DNA from: Propionibacterium ruminifibrarum
GTDB taxonomy: Bacteria > Actinomycetota > Actinomycetes > Propionibacteriales > Propionibacteriaceae
Direction: 5' to 3'
DNA length: 32,000 nt
Assembly: GCF_900289195.1 (NCBI RefSeq)
Contig: NZ_OMOH01000009.1
Span: 54,069-86,068, forward strand
Shown here: piece by piece, positions 20,317 through 30,279 of the stretch
Layout: the number at the start of each line of letters is the position of its first letter
How positions within the stretch are numbered: position 1 is the stretch's first letter
Made by a program: the position numbers and the translations under genes
The notes under the pieces: generated by a model
The model's input: the letters and a program-made list of their open reading frames with translations, nothing else
What the model was told of the DNA's origin: nothing
The model's database searches: none

Positions 20317-20430
20317 TCATCCGGACGTGCGCCAGCACACGGAGTTGGGCCGAAGAGCCCGGAGGGCGAAGGCCCTGCACCGGTGACGAGGAGCACCCAT
20401 GGATGACCCGCAACACCTAGACTCCCTCAC

Positions 20431-21732
20431 GTGAGTGATGAATCCAGTGCCTTGTCCGACGATGGCCCCGGGGCCCGGACAGCCTCCCCGGGACAGACCT
20501 CGGCCATCCTGGCGGCCTCGGTGGTCTCGGCGGCCGCCAGCCTGATCATCACCGTTCTCACCGCACGAGTCCTGTCGGTCGACGACAACGCGGAGTTCCT
20601 CGTCTTCTGGTCGCTGTACTTCGGGATCGTCGGCATCATCGCCGGGGTGCAGACCGAGAGCACCCGAGCGGTCACCGCCTCGCAGCTGCCCACCGGCCGG
20701 CCCGCAGGCGCTCACGTGCAGACGGCAGCGCTCATCCTGGGGCTGTCGGTGGGTGCGGTCATCGCCGCCACCTCACCACTGTGGCTCGAGGTCTTCCTGC
20801 ACCGCAGTTCACCGTGGGTCGTGCTGGCAGTCGTCGCCGGTGTGGTGCTCAGCGCGGGTCACTTCACCACCCTGGGGGCGCTGTCCGGCCAGAAATCCTG
20901 GTACACCTTCGCCTGGTTGATCGGCGTGGAGGCCATCGTGCGGCCCGTCGGAGCCCTCGTCGCCGGGCTGGTGCTGGCCCGGGCCCTGCTGCCGGTCCAG
21001 GTCAGCGTGGTGCTGCCCGCCGCAGTGTGGATCCTGTTCTGCCTGATCACCCCCTCCGGTCGACGCTCCTTCGCCGCCCGGGCCGACGTCCCGCTCGGAC
21101 AACTGCTGCGCAACAACATCATGACGATGCTGTCGTCGGCCTCCTGGGCGCTGCTGGTCACCGGTTTCCCCGCCCTGTTGCGGGCCACCGGTGGCGACGT
21201 CGACTCGGGCGTCCTGGCCGGGACGATCCTCGCCATCACCCTCACCAGAGCACCGATCATGATCCCGCTCCAGGCCGTCCAGGGGGTGGCGATCAACAAG
21301 TTCACCCAGGACCAGGGCCGCAACCTCGGGGTGATCTTCACATTCATGGCAGGCGTGCTGGGCATCGGTGTTCTCGGCGGAATCCTGGCAAGCCTCATCG
21401 GCCCATGGATCATCCGGGTCGTCTACGGGCCGGCCTACCAGGTGGCCCCGCTCACCGTCGGCGTGCTCACCGTCGCGGCCGCCGGGATGGGCTGGCTGGT
21501 GCTCACCGGCGCCGCAACCCTGGGCATCAGCGCCCACCGGGCCTACACCGGGGGATGGTTCCTCGCTGCCGTCTGCGCCTTCGGCATCGCCTCCCTTCCC
21601 CTGGATCTGGTGACCCGGGCAACCCTGGCCCTGGGTATCGGCCCGCTCCTGGGAGTCGCCGTGCACGTCATCACTCTGGTGCGGCACAGTCGTAGCTTGT
21701 CCGAGGAGGAAACGGCGTCGGTGCCGGGCTGA
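20431..21732 (+). CDS. Polytopic membrane protein, Wzx/MOP-type polysaccharide flippase-like
   Basis: 433 aa with about 12 predicted hydrophobic helices. The N-terminal SLIITVLTARVLSVDDNAEFLVFWSLYFGIVGIIAG resembles the polysaccharide biosynthesis protein family. GTG start is preceded by TAGACT + 7 nt. Confidence 0.5.
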   Translation: MSDESSALSDDGPGARTASPGQTSAILAASVVSAAASLIITVLTARVLSVDDNAEFLVFWSLYFGIVGIIAGVQTESTRAVTASQLPTGRPAGAHVQTAALILGLSVGAVIAATSPLWLEVFLHRSSPWVVLAVVAGVVLSAGHFTTLGALSGQKSWYTFAWLIGVEAIVRPVGALVAGLVLARALLPVQVSVVLPAAVWILFCLITPSGRRSFAARADVPLGQLLRNNIMTMLSSASWALLVTGFPALLRATGGDVDSGVLAGTILAITLTRAPIMIPLQAVQGVAINKFTQDQGRNLGVIFTFMAGVLGIGVLGGILASLIGPWIIRVVYGPAYQVAPLTVGVLTVAAAGMGWLVLTGAATLGISAHRAYTGGWFLAAVCAFGIASLPLDLVTRATLALGIGPLLGVAVHVITLVRHSRSLSEEETASVPG

Positions 21733-21872
21733 GTGTCACCGACGCCGGGCCGCACTCGGCGCCGAGACCCGCTCGCACTCGACTCATCGAATCGAGCCAT
21801 GATCGCCTTGGGGCGGCTCGGGTCGGGGCCGTATCCGATCGAGCGGCCAGGCCCGGCCGCAATCAGCGAGGG

Positions 21873-22850
21873 TCAGGCCTCCACCCCGTAGACCCGTGAG
21901 GCGTAGGCACCATAAAGCGTCGCATAGGGGCCGGGCAGCAGTTTCATCACCCCCGCCGCGACACCCAGCAGCGGGTGGGTGCGCAGCGCGTCAACGATCT
22001 CACCCCAGCTCAGTTCTCGGGTGCATCCGCGGACGTGGTCGATGCGCTCTGCGGCCGGTTTCGCGGTGATCCCCTGGTGGGCCACCGAGAGCCACGCGGC
22101 GGTCTTCGAGGTGGCCAGGGCGCGTTCGGTGACGGCATCGGTGTGCTCGGCCACTGCCTGGCGCAGCAGATCGACCAGGGTCGCGGTCTCCTGTCGGGTG
22201 GCGACGCGCCCCCAGGTCAGCGACGTGGGTGAGACGTGGTAGCGGATGCCCGGCTCGGACAGGTAGCGCACAGTGCGGGCCCGGGACAGCGCCGAGACGG
22301 TGAAGACGTTGTCCTCGGCCCGTCGGATGGGCGGGAATCGCAGATCGGTGATCGCCCTGGCGCGGAACAGCTTGTCCCACACGTAATTGGTTTGTTCTTC
22401 GGCGAGGGTCGCCGCTGCCGCCTCGGTCCCGGACAGGTCCCCGGTGCGCCGGGGGGTCCGTAGCCGTTCGGAGCCGTCGGTGGACACGATGAGGTGGGCG
22501 CAGGCCACGACGTCGGTGCGTTCGTCGGTGGCGGCGAGCATCATCTCCAGCCGATCGGGCAGGTATTCGTCGTCGGAGTCCAGGAATCCGATCCATTCCC
22601 CGGATGCCGCCTCCAAACCGATGTTGCGCGCCATCGCCGGGCCCTGGTTGGTGCTGGTGGACAACACCTTCAGTCGGCCGCCGAGCCTTGTGGCAAGGGA
22701 TTCCAGGATGGCGACGGTGCCGTCGGTGGAGCAGTCGTCAACGACGAGCAGCTCCCAGTCGTCCATGGTCTGGGCGACCACCGATTTAACGGCCCTGGTG
22801 ATCGTGGCCTGGGCATTGTGGGCGGCCACGATGACACTCACGCGTGGCAT
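21873..22850 (-). CDS. GT2 glycosyltransferase
   Basis: MPRVSVIVAAHNAQATITRAVKSVVAQTMDDWELLVVDDCSTDGT and FLDSDDEY (DXD). SD GAGAGGAG lies upstream. Confidence 0.85.
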   Translation of the reverse strand: MPRVSVIVAAHNAQATITRAVKSVVAQTMDDWELLVVDDCSTDGTVAILESLATRLGGRLKVLSTSTNQGPAMARNIGLEAASGEWIGFLDSDDEYLPDRLEMMLAATDERTDVVACAHLIVSTDGSERLRTPRRTGDLSGTEAAAATLAEEQTNYVWDKLFRARAITDLRFPPIRRAEDNVFTVSALSRARTVRYLSEPGIRYHVSPTSLTWGRVATRQETATLVDLLRQAVAEHTDAVTERALATSKTAAWLSVAHQGITAKPAAERIDHVRGCTRELSWGEIVDALRTHPLLGVAAGVMKLLPGPYATLYGAYASRVYGVEA

Positions 22851-22902
22851 CTCGACTCCTCTCGACCCACCGCAGGACGGGGGCAGCTGCGGGGCGGACC
22901 GC

Positions 22903-23270
22903 TCATCCGCCCACCGTCACGGTCGCCGGACGACGTGGCGGGCCAGATCGCACACGGCATCCCCAGTGCCCCTGGGCACCGCCTTCGGCGGCAGGATGTC
23001 GGCACGCAACCTGGAGGACGGGTGATTGCGTGCGACGGCCGGCGCCTTCGCCCGGGCCACGGTTGCCGTTGGCGCCCGGACTGGTCTCGTTGAACTCGTA
23101 GCCGACCCGCTCGACGCCCAGGGACCCGAACCATCCGGGGACCGAGTCGCCGGGACAGCCGTCGACGACGATCGACCGGAAGTCCGTGTAGGTCCGGGCG
23201 AGGACGCTGCGGCCGACGATTCTCATCGGATCGACGTCCCCGCAATGGAGAACAGGACGTCAACGGTCAT
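22903..23270 (-). pseudogene. Frameshifted and truncated GT2 paralog of the 24689..25570 gene
   Basis: ATG at 23270 gives MTVDVLFSIAGTSIR*, whereas the paralog reads MTVDVLFPYYGD. After a -1 shift it reads GDVDPMRIVGRSVLARTYTDFRSIVVDGCPGDSVPGWFGSLGVERVGYEFNETSPGANGN, against the paralog's GDVELMKLAVHSVLRQSYSDFNLIVVDDGYPDDSIPGWFASLNDARVSYERNEHNLGANAN. Only about the first third of the gene is present. Confidence 0.65.
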
Positions 23271-23294
23271 GGCAGTTCCTTCGCATTGGGTAGC

Positions 23295-23583
23295 TCACAC
23301 TCTAGATGCTGGAGAGCGCGTCCGTTTGGGTTCGTGGTCGCAGGCGGTCGGTGAGCGTTCGAGGAGGGCCTGGGCGACCTCCCGTTCACCGAGCCTGGGA
23401 TCGGCGGGTCCCCGGATGATCGGCATGCCCTCTGCGGTACAGATGGCAGGGCCTGAATCCCCGGAAGAACAGGGAGCGTGAGGCGCAGCAGCAGTGGCCG
23501 ACATGCACGGTCAGGAGGCTCTCCAGGTCATTGCCCACACACTGGTTCTTGAGGCCCTTCTTCCCCTGTCCCGGCACCGCCAC
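23295..23583 (-). pseudogene. Possible rmlC (dTDP-4-dehydrorhamnose 3,5-epimerase) N-terminal remnant
   Basis: Two overlapping minus-strand frames read ...LTVHVGHCCCASRSLFFRGF... and ...ICTAEGMPIIRGPAD... These loosely follow the RmlC N-terminal blocks (H/F)xD(E/S)RGxFxE and NxSxSxxGVLRGLH. It is divergent from rmlB. The similarity is weak and recalled from memory. Confidence 0.3.
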
Positions 23584-23616
23584 ACCAGCCCGACCAATTC
23601 GGACTCACTCCTCTAG

Positions 23617-24624
<1,008 letters not shown>

Positions 24625-24688
24625 CCTCAGCAGCCCTCGGGCGCCAAGTCGACCGTCCTGAGCGCCGGGTCCCGTAGGATGGCTCAGC

Positions 24689-25570
24689 TCACTTGACGAT
24701 GTGCCGGACGAAATTACGAGTACCGGTCATGTTGCCCTTCACCACGGCCCTTGGCAGCAGACTGCCCGCGTGCAGCCTCGAGGAAAGATGCAGACGAGCC
24801 GTGCGAGCAGCTCGCGCCCAGCCGAGTGCCTCCATCTCGTCAGCCATCGTGGTGAAGAAACGGCGTTCCTCGTCGAAACGGGTCCCGGACAAGGCCCGCA
24901 CGGAGGAGTCCGAGCCGGAGAAACGCCGGTACATGAATGCGAGCTCATCATCGAGCAGCAGACTGCCGCCCTGCATGGCGACGTCGAGTGCCAGACACAG
25001 ATCCTGAACGACGTCGTAGCCCTGGCGGAAACCAGTCCTCTTGACCATCTCGGTACGCCACCCGAGCGAGGGGAAGTACATCCAGTTGCCCCGGAGCAGT
25101 GAGATGGCCAGGGTCTCTCCCGACAACACGCGTGCCCCCGAACCCCTCGGCCGGTAGATGTCCTTCAGATTGTCGACGAGGCCGTGCCCGGAGGCGCCGT
25201 TCTGATCGATGACAACGACCCCGGGCTGGAAGATCACGGCCTCGGGGTGCGCCTCGGCCCGCGTGACGAGCCACTCGAGATAGTTGGGCAGCATGATGTC
25301 ATCAGCGCCCATCATCACCATGAGATCGTTGGTGGCCTTGTCAACGCACTTGCGGTAGTTCGCGTTGGCCCCCAGGTTGTGCTCGTTGCGTTCATAGCTC
25401 ACCCGTGCGTCGTTGAGCGAGGCGAACCAGCCAGGAATCGAATCATCCGGGTAGCCGTCATCGACGACGATCAGGTTGAAGTCCGAGTAGCTCTGGCGAA
25501 GGACGCTGTGCACAGCGAGTTTCATGAGCTCGACGTCGCCGTAGTAGGGGAACAGAACATCAACGGTCAT
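24689..25570 (-). CDS. GT2-like glycosyltransferase
   Basis: MTVDVLFPYYGDVELMKLAVHSVLRQSYSDFNLIVVDDGYPDDS and MGADDIMLP (DXD-like). It is the intact paralog of the pseudogene at 22903..23270. Confidence 0.75.
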   Translation of the reverse strand: MTVDVLFPYYGDVELMKLAVHSVLRQSYSDFNLIVVDDGYPDDSIPGWFASLNDARVSYERNEHNLGANANYRKCVDKATNDLMVMMGADDIMLPNYLEWLVTRAEAHPEAVIFQPGVVVIDQNGASGHGLVDNLKDIYRPRGSGARVLSGETLAISLLRGNWMYFPSLGWRTEMVKRTGFRQGYDVVQDLCLALDVAMQGGSLLLDDELAFMYRRFSGSDSSVRALSGTRFDEERRFFTTMADEMEALGWARAARTARLHLSSRLHAGSLLPRAVVKGNMTGTRNFVRHIVK

Positions 25571-25765
25571 GCGAAGAACCTTTCACGGTGGGACCAGGCC
25601 TCCACCAACCTACAAGAACCGGTATCACCGGGAAGCCCACGGGCGGTGCACGACGATGCCAGCCGTGCCCGCTGATGCCGGAGCACGCCTTCGCGAAGGC
25701 ATTGGCCGGCGCAGCGGTGCACCTGGTCGGACTCCATCGGACGGCCTGAGGCCCGGGCAACCGGC

Positions 25766-26761
25766 TCAGTAGCCGAGCATCTCCCTGCGCTTGGGCAGCC
25801 ATGCCAGGGCGTCGCGGATGCCGTCGGCGACGCTCAGCCGGGCGTGCCAGCCGAGCAGTTCCGCGGCCTTGTCGGTTCTGGCGTAGGCGCCGATGACGTC
25901 ACCGGGGCGGGCCGGGCCCTCGGTGATCCGCAGCGGGGCGCCGGTGGCCTGCTGGAAGGCGTCGGTGAGTTCGCGCACACTCATCGGCCGGCCGGTGCCG
26001 ACGTTGATCACCTGATAGGACTGCTCGTCGGTGACGAGTTCACGCAGGTGTTCCAGGGCGGCCACATGCGCCTGGGCCAGGTCCCATACGTGGATGTAGT
26101 CGCGGATACCCGTGCCATCGGGGGTGTCCCAGTCGCAGCCGGTGATGGTGAAGGTGCTGCCCTCGGACCAGGCGTCGAGCATCTTGCCCAGCACGTTCGT
26201 GGGGTGGGGGCGCTGCTGGCCGCTGCGCAGCGCCGGGTCGGCGCCCAGCGGATTGAAGTAGCGCAGCGCGACGGCCCGCAGCCGCGTGGCCCCGGCCGTG
26301 TCGGCGAGCACCTGCTCCATCATGAGCTTGGTCCGCGCGTAGGGGCTGTCCGCTGCCGTCGAATGGCCCTCGTCCACGGCGAAGCCGTCGGTGGGGTCGG
26401 CGTAGACCGAGGCGGACGAACTGAAGACGATGTCGTGCACGCCGTTGCGCAGCATGCCGTCCAACAGGTCGAGGGTCTTGCCGACGTTGTTCTCGTAGTA
26501 ACGCAGCGGCTGAGCGACCGACTCCGGCACCACGATGTGCGCGGCGCAGTGCACGACGGCGTCGACACGGTTCTCGCTGAAGACCTTGTCGAGCAGCTCC
26601 GCATCGCCGATGTCCCCCTGGTAGAAGGTGCGGCCGGCGCAGAACTCGGCACGTCCCTCGGACAGGTCGTCGATGACCACGACATCGTGACCGGCGTCGA
26701 GTGCCGCCGAGCCGATCGTGCTGCCGATGTAGCCGGCGCCGCCGGTGATGAGAATCCGCAT
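25766..26761 (-). CDS. galE: UDP-glucose 4-epimerase
   Basis: MRILITGGAGYIGS, SSSASVY, YARTKLMME (YxxxK), LRYFNPLGADP, DGTGIRDYIHVWDLAQAH. Confidence 0.9.
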   Translation of the reverse strand: MRILITGGAGYIGSTIGSAALDAGHDVVVIDDLSEGRAEFCAGRTFYQGDIGDAELLDKVFSENRVDAVVHCAAHIVVPESVAQPLRYYENNVGKTLDLLDGMLRNGVHDIVFSSSASVYADPTDGFAVDEGHSTAADSPYARTKLMMEQVLADTAGATRLRAVALRYFNPLGADPALRSGQQRPHPTNVLGKMLDAWSEGSTFTITGCDWDTPDGTGIRDYIHVWDLAQAHVAALEHLRELVTDEQSYQVINVGTGRPMSVRELTDAFQQATGAPLRITEGPARPGDVIGAYARTDKAAELLGWHARLSVADGIRDALAWLPKRREMLGY

Positions 26762-26870
26762 GGGTCAAGTATCGCAGCAGGCCATTCGGAGCGTCCGCGT
26801 GCCGCGCAGCGACGCGGACACCGGCTGGTAGGATCCCGCCGTACGCGCGTAGCACTTATTTGGGGGAATC

Positions 26871-27542
26871 GTGCTCACTGACGCCTGGCTGGTGGTGCCT
26901 CTGTTCAACGAGGGCCCCGTTGTCGGCGACGTGATCCGGGACGCCCTTGGAACCTTCCCGAAGATCGTCTGCGTCGATGACGGCTCCTCGGACGACTCTG
27001 CCAACATCGCCCGCAAGGCGGGTGCCGTCGTCGTCTCGCACCCCATCAACCTCGGTCAGGGCGCCGCGCTGCAGACGGGGCTGAGTTACGCGCTGCAGGA
27101 CAGGGCGGCGAACTACTTCGTGACCTTCGACTCGGACGGCCAGCACCAGGTCAGCGATGCTGCGGCGATGGTCGAACGGCTTCGCGCCGAACCCGATGTC
27201 GACATCATCCTGGGCTCGCGGTTCCTGGACGACGAGGTGGAGGCGGGCGCGCTCAAACGGCTCGTGCTCAAGACGGCAGTGCGTTTCGAGCGCTTCAGTA
27301 CGAAACTCGACGTCACCGACACCCACAACGGTCTTCGCGCGTTGAACCGCCACGCGGCGAGCACGATCCACATCCACCAGAACCGCATGGCCCACGGCTC
27401 TGAGTTCCTGCGCGAGATCGCCACCCACAAGCTCTCCTACCGCGAGCACCCGGTGCACGTCGTGTACACCGACTACTCGCGCGCCAAGGGCCAGTCCCTG
27501 TGGAATTCGGTGAACATCCTCTTCGACCTCATGTTCGGGTGA
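26871..27542 (+). CDS. GT2 polyprenyl-phosphate sugar synthase (GtrB/Ppm1-like)
   Basis: WLVVPLFNEGPVVGDVI...IVCVDDGSSDDSANIARKAGAVVVSHPINLGQGAALQTG...FDSDGQH. GTG start has GGGGGA upstream. Confidence 0.8.
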   Translation: MLTDAWLVVPLFNEGPVVGDVIRDALGTFPKIVCVDDGSSDDSANIARKAGAVVVSHPINLGQGAALQTGLSYALQDRAANYFVTFDSDGQHQVSDAAAMVERLRAEPDVDIILGSRFLDDEVEAGALKRLVLKTAVRFERFSTKLDVTDTHNGLRALNRHAASTIHIHQNRMAHGSEFLREIATHKLSYREHPVHVVYTDYSRAKGQSLWNSVNILFDLMFG

Positions 27543-27547
27543 GCATC

Positions 27548-27922
27548 ATGGCCAGTCAGATCGTCATCAAAATCATCCTGCTGCTCGCCTTCGGGCTGCT
27601 CGCGGTGCTGCTGCTGGTGCCCCGCCCCAACACCCGCGGGCGTGCGGTACGACGGATCATGCTCGTGCTGCTACTGCTCGCGGCCGTGGTGTTCGTGATC
27701 ATGCCCCAATGGCTCACCTCCATCGCCCATCTCGTGGGGATCGGCCGCGGCACCGACCTCGTGCTCTACGCACTCGCCGTACTCGTCGTGGGGAACATGG
27801 TCGCGGCGCGACGCACCGCGATCAGTCAGAACCGTGACATCACGCAGCTCGCCCGGACCCTGGCAATCACCCAGGCGCCTGATCCCAATGAGCTCTTCGA
27901 TCCGGGCCCGAGTGAGTCCTGA
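27548..27922 (+). CDS. Small membrane protein, DUF2304-like
   Basis: ATG at 27548, 6 nt after the GT2 stop. It has three hydrophobic helices and a VGIGRGTDLVLY motif. In my recollection this family typically partners GtrB-like GT2 genes in Actinobacteria. Confidence 0.55.
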   Translation: MASQIVIKIILLLAFGLLAVLLLVPRPNTRGRAVRRIMLVLLLLAAVVFVIMPQWLTSIAHLVGIGRGTDLVLYALAVLVVGNMVAARRTAISQNRDITQLARTLAITQAPDPNELFDPGPSES

Positions 27923-28085
27923 CCCGGGTTCGACCTGTGAGTCGTGTCACCGCGAACCACCATGAGGCGAGAAATAATTCTCGTCTCATCTTGATGACGC
28001 AAAAAACCAATGAACTACAAACCCAGAACCATGCGGTCGTCCTGACCGTATCGCTACGTATCGAGCAAGGAAACCGGGGCCACAG

Positions 28086-30131
28086 ATGAAATGGATCGGT
28101 TTGATACCGCTCACTGCCGTGATGGTTTTATGGCTGATCGCACCTGGCTACATCATTGGTCGGTGTGCACGGCTGAGCCGGGTCCACGCACTCGGTGCGG
28201 CAGCACCGGTATCCGTTTTCACCATCAGCGTGGCGGCAATCCTCGCTGACCGGGTTGGCCTCGCGTGGGGGCCGATCCCAGTCCTCATCCTCACTGCGAC
28301 CCTGGCCGTCATCCTCCTGCTCGTGTTCGGGGGCCATGATTATGTGAAAAAACACCGCCCCCAGTCGCCGAGCGACTGCACAACAAACCAAACCACAGCA
28401 TCTCACACACCGAGCAGAGCCGCTCTGACAGATTCTTCCTCCCGCGAGAAGGTGCTTCCTCGTCCGCTTCTGTGGGTTCTCACGTTCACTGGGGCCACAG
28501 CGTTGACCCTGATCAACCTGATGATTCTCCTCGGCCAGCCACGGAACTTCTCGCAAACATTCGACAATGTTTTCCATCTGAATGCCGTTCGATGGATTCT
28601 GGATCATCTCAATGGTTCAGCGCTGACGGTCTCAATGACATCCGGGGATCAAGCGCCCTCGTTCTACCCAATGGCTTGGCATGACACGATTTCCCTGGGT
28701 CTGCTCACATTGCATTCCTCAGATGTGACAGCCGGCACGAACGCCGCAATCCTATCGATTGGAGCAGTCGTGTGGATTCTCGGTTGTCTGTGTCTCGTCA
28801 ATGCTGCGTTCCGTTGCTCCTCGCTCGGGATAGTCGCCGCTGGATTCATCAGCGCTGGATTCCCCAGTTTCCCATTCGACCCGATCAGCTTCGGCGTCCT
28901 CTACCCCAACTTCCTTGGAATAGCATTGTTGCCCGGGACCATGGTGATCACGCTCCAGACCTTGGGGCTGGGAACGAGAAGAGTCCCGTCAGTACGCGGG
29001 ATAGTTCTGTGCATATTCGCCATCGGGGGCGTCGCCCTGGCACACCCGAATTCTTTCTTGTCCTATTGTCTTGTGCTTCTTCCCATCATGCTGATTTGGG
29101 CTCTGAAACTGGCGACACAGGGCTGGAACGAGAAATCGAGGCCAACTACTTGGGCTCCTTCCGTGTTGTTTCTTGTGACCTTGGTCGGAGTCGTGAAATT
29201 GTGGCCCGTGCTGCAACCCACAGCTTATCAAGACGCCTGGCCCCCTGTTCAGTCAACGGCTCAAGCAATAGGCGAAGCGCTCCTTGCCGCTCCCCTGGGC
29301 GCTGCTCCGGCGTGGATCATCGGGGTGCTGGCCATGGTGGGCTCCGTCAGGGTGATCGTGACAAGACAGCACGTCTGGATGATCGCCTGCCATGTGGTCA
29401 TGATTTTCTTCTGGATCGTCATTTCATCCTGGGAACTGAACCCACAACGAACGAGTCTCGTCGGAGGCTTCTACAGCGACCCGCACCGCATCGCTGACAC
29501 ATTGCCGGTCACCACCCTGCCCCTGGCCGCCCTTGGCGCCTCATGGCTGGGCGCCGGCCTGTCGGCCTGGGTCAAGAAGATGTGGCTCGCGCGGAAGCAC
29601 CAGAACACGACTTGGATTGACCCGGTCCTGATCATCATCGAAGTACTGGCGTTGCTTTATTTCACGCAGTACTCGGGCACTGTGAGACAGGCCGTTGGGC
29701 GGGGAATAATCACCTACCAGGCGACGAGCAATGCGCCGCTTGTGGATTCTGACGAGCTCGCACTCATCGAGAAACTGCCTGATCTGGTTCCAGCTGGATC
29801 GGTGATTGCCGTGACGCCATACAATGGCGCTTCAATGACCTATGCATTACAGGGCCTGGCAACCACGACGACGCATATCTCTTACGATTGGACCCACGAT
29901 CAAACAATCATCAATGAGCACTTGGACGAGGCCGCCACGGATTCTGAGGTCTGCACTGCCCTCAAGGATCTGAACGTCAACTATGCTCTTGATTTCGGGC
30001 CCGTTGAAATCAATGGCGGTACCCGTTCCACTGAGTATCCCGGGTTCGACTCGCTCGCCACCAGCCCCGGTTTCGAGATCGTGGACCGTGAGGGCCATGC
30101 CGTGCTTTACCGCATCACTGCCTGCGACTGA
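28086..30131 (+). CDS. Large polytopic membrane protein with C-terminal extracytoplasmic domain, GT-C-fold-like (DUF6541-type, unverified)
   Basis: 681 aa with more than 12 hydrophobic segments in the first about 520 aa, then a soluble about 150-aa tail. Composition is lower in G+C than the flanks (28561..28620 has 26/60 G+C by hand count). It sits after a polyprenyl-P-sugar synthase gene. Confidence 0.55.
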   Translation: MKWIGLIPLTAVMVLWLIAPGYIIGRCARLSRVHALGAAAPVSVFTISVAAILADRVGLAWGPIPVLILTATLAVILLLVFGGHDYVKKHRPQSPSDCTTNQTTASHTPSRAALTDSSSREKVLPRPLLWVLTFTGATALTLINLMILLGQPRNFSQTFDNVFHLNAVRWILDHLNGSALTVSMTSGDQAPSFYPMAWHDTISLGLLTLHSSDVTAGTNAAILSIGAVVWILGCLCLVNAAFRCSSLGIVAAGFISAGFPSFPFDPISFGVLYPNFLGIALLPGTMVITLQTLGLGTRRVPSVRGIVLCIFAIGGVALAHPNSFLSYCLVLLPIMLIWALKLATQGWNEKSRPTTWAPSVLFLVTLVGVVKLWPVLQPTAYQDAWPPVQSTAQAIGEALLAAPLGAAPAWIIGVLAMVGSVRVIVTRQHVWMIACHVVMIFFWIVISSWELNPQRTSLVGGFYSDPHRIADTLPVTTLPLAALGASWLGAGLSAWVKKMWLARKHQNTTWIDPVLIIIEVLALLYFTQYSGTVRQAVGRGIITYQATSNAPLVDSDELALIEKLPDLVPAGSVIAVTPYNGASMTYALQGLATTTTHISYDWTHDQTIINEHLDEAATDSEVCTALKDLNVNYALDFGPVEINGGTRSTEYPGFDSLATSPGFEIVDREGHAVLYRITACD

Positions 30132-30279
30132 CCGACGGCGCCACCTCAGCCCAAGCTCAACCCTCACCTGAGGGTCGAGACTCGGTCTTGCGACAGGTTG
30201 AAATGTTGACTGAAACTATCGTGGCTTGGTTCCGCCCCCAGCCAGGCGTACTTCTCATGAAGCACGGACTAGGAGTTCC

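Noticed and set aside
22838-23263. 141-aa minus-strand ORF (TTG start)
   Set aside because: This is an off-frame read-through of the decayed GT2 paralog and is Arg/Pro-rich. The homologous signal to the 24689..25570 GT2 lies in other frames, so the region is called a pseudogene instead.
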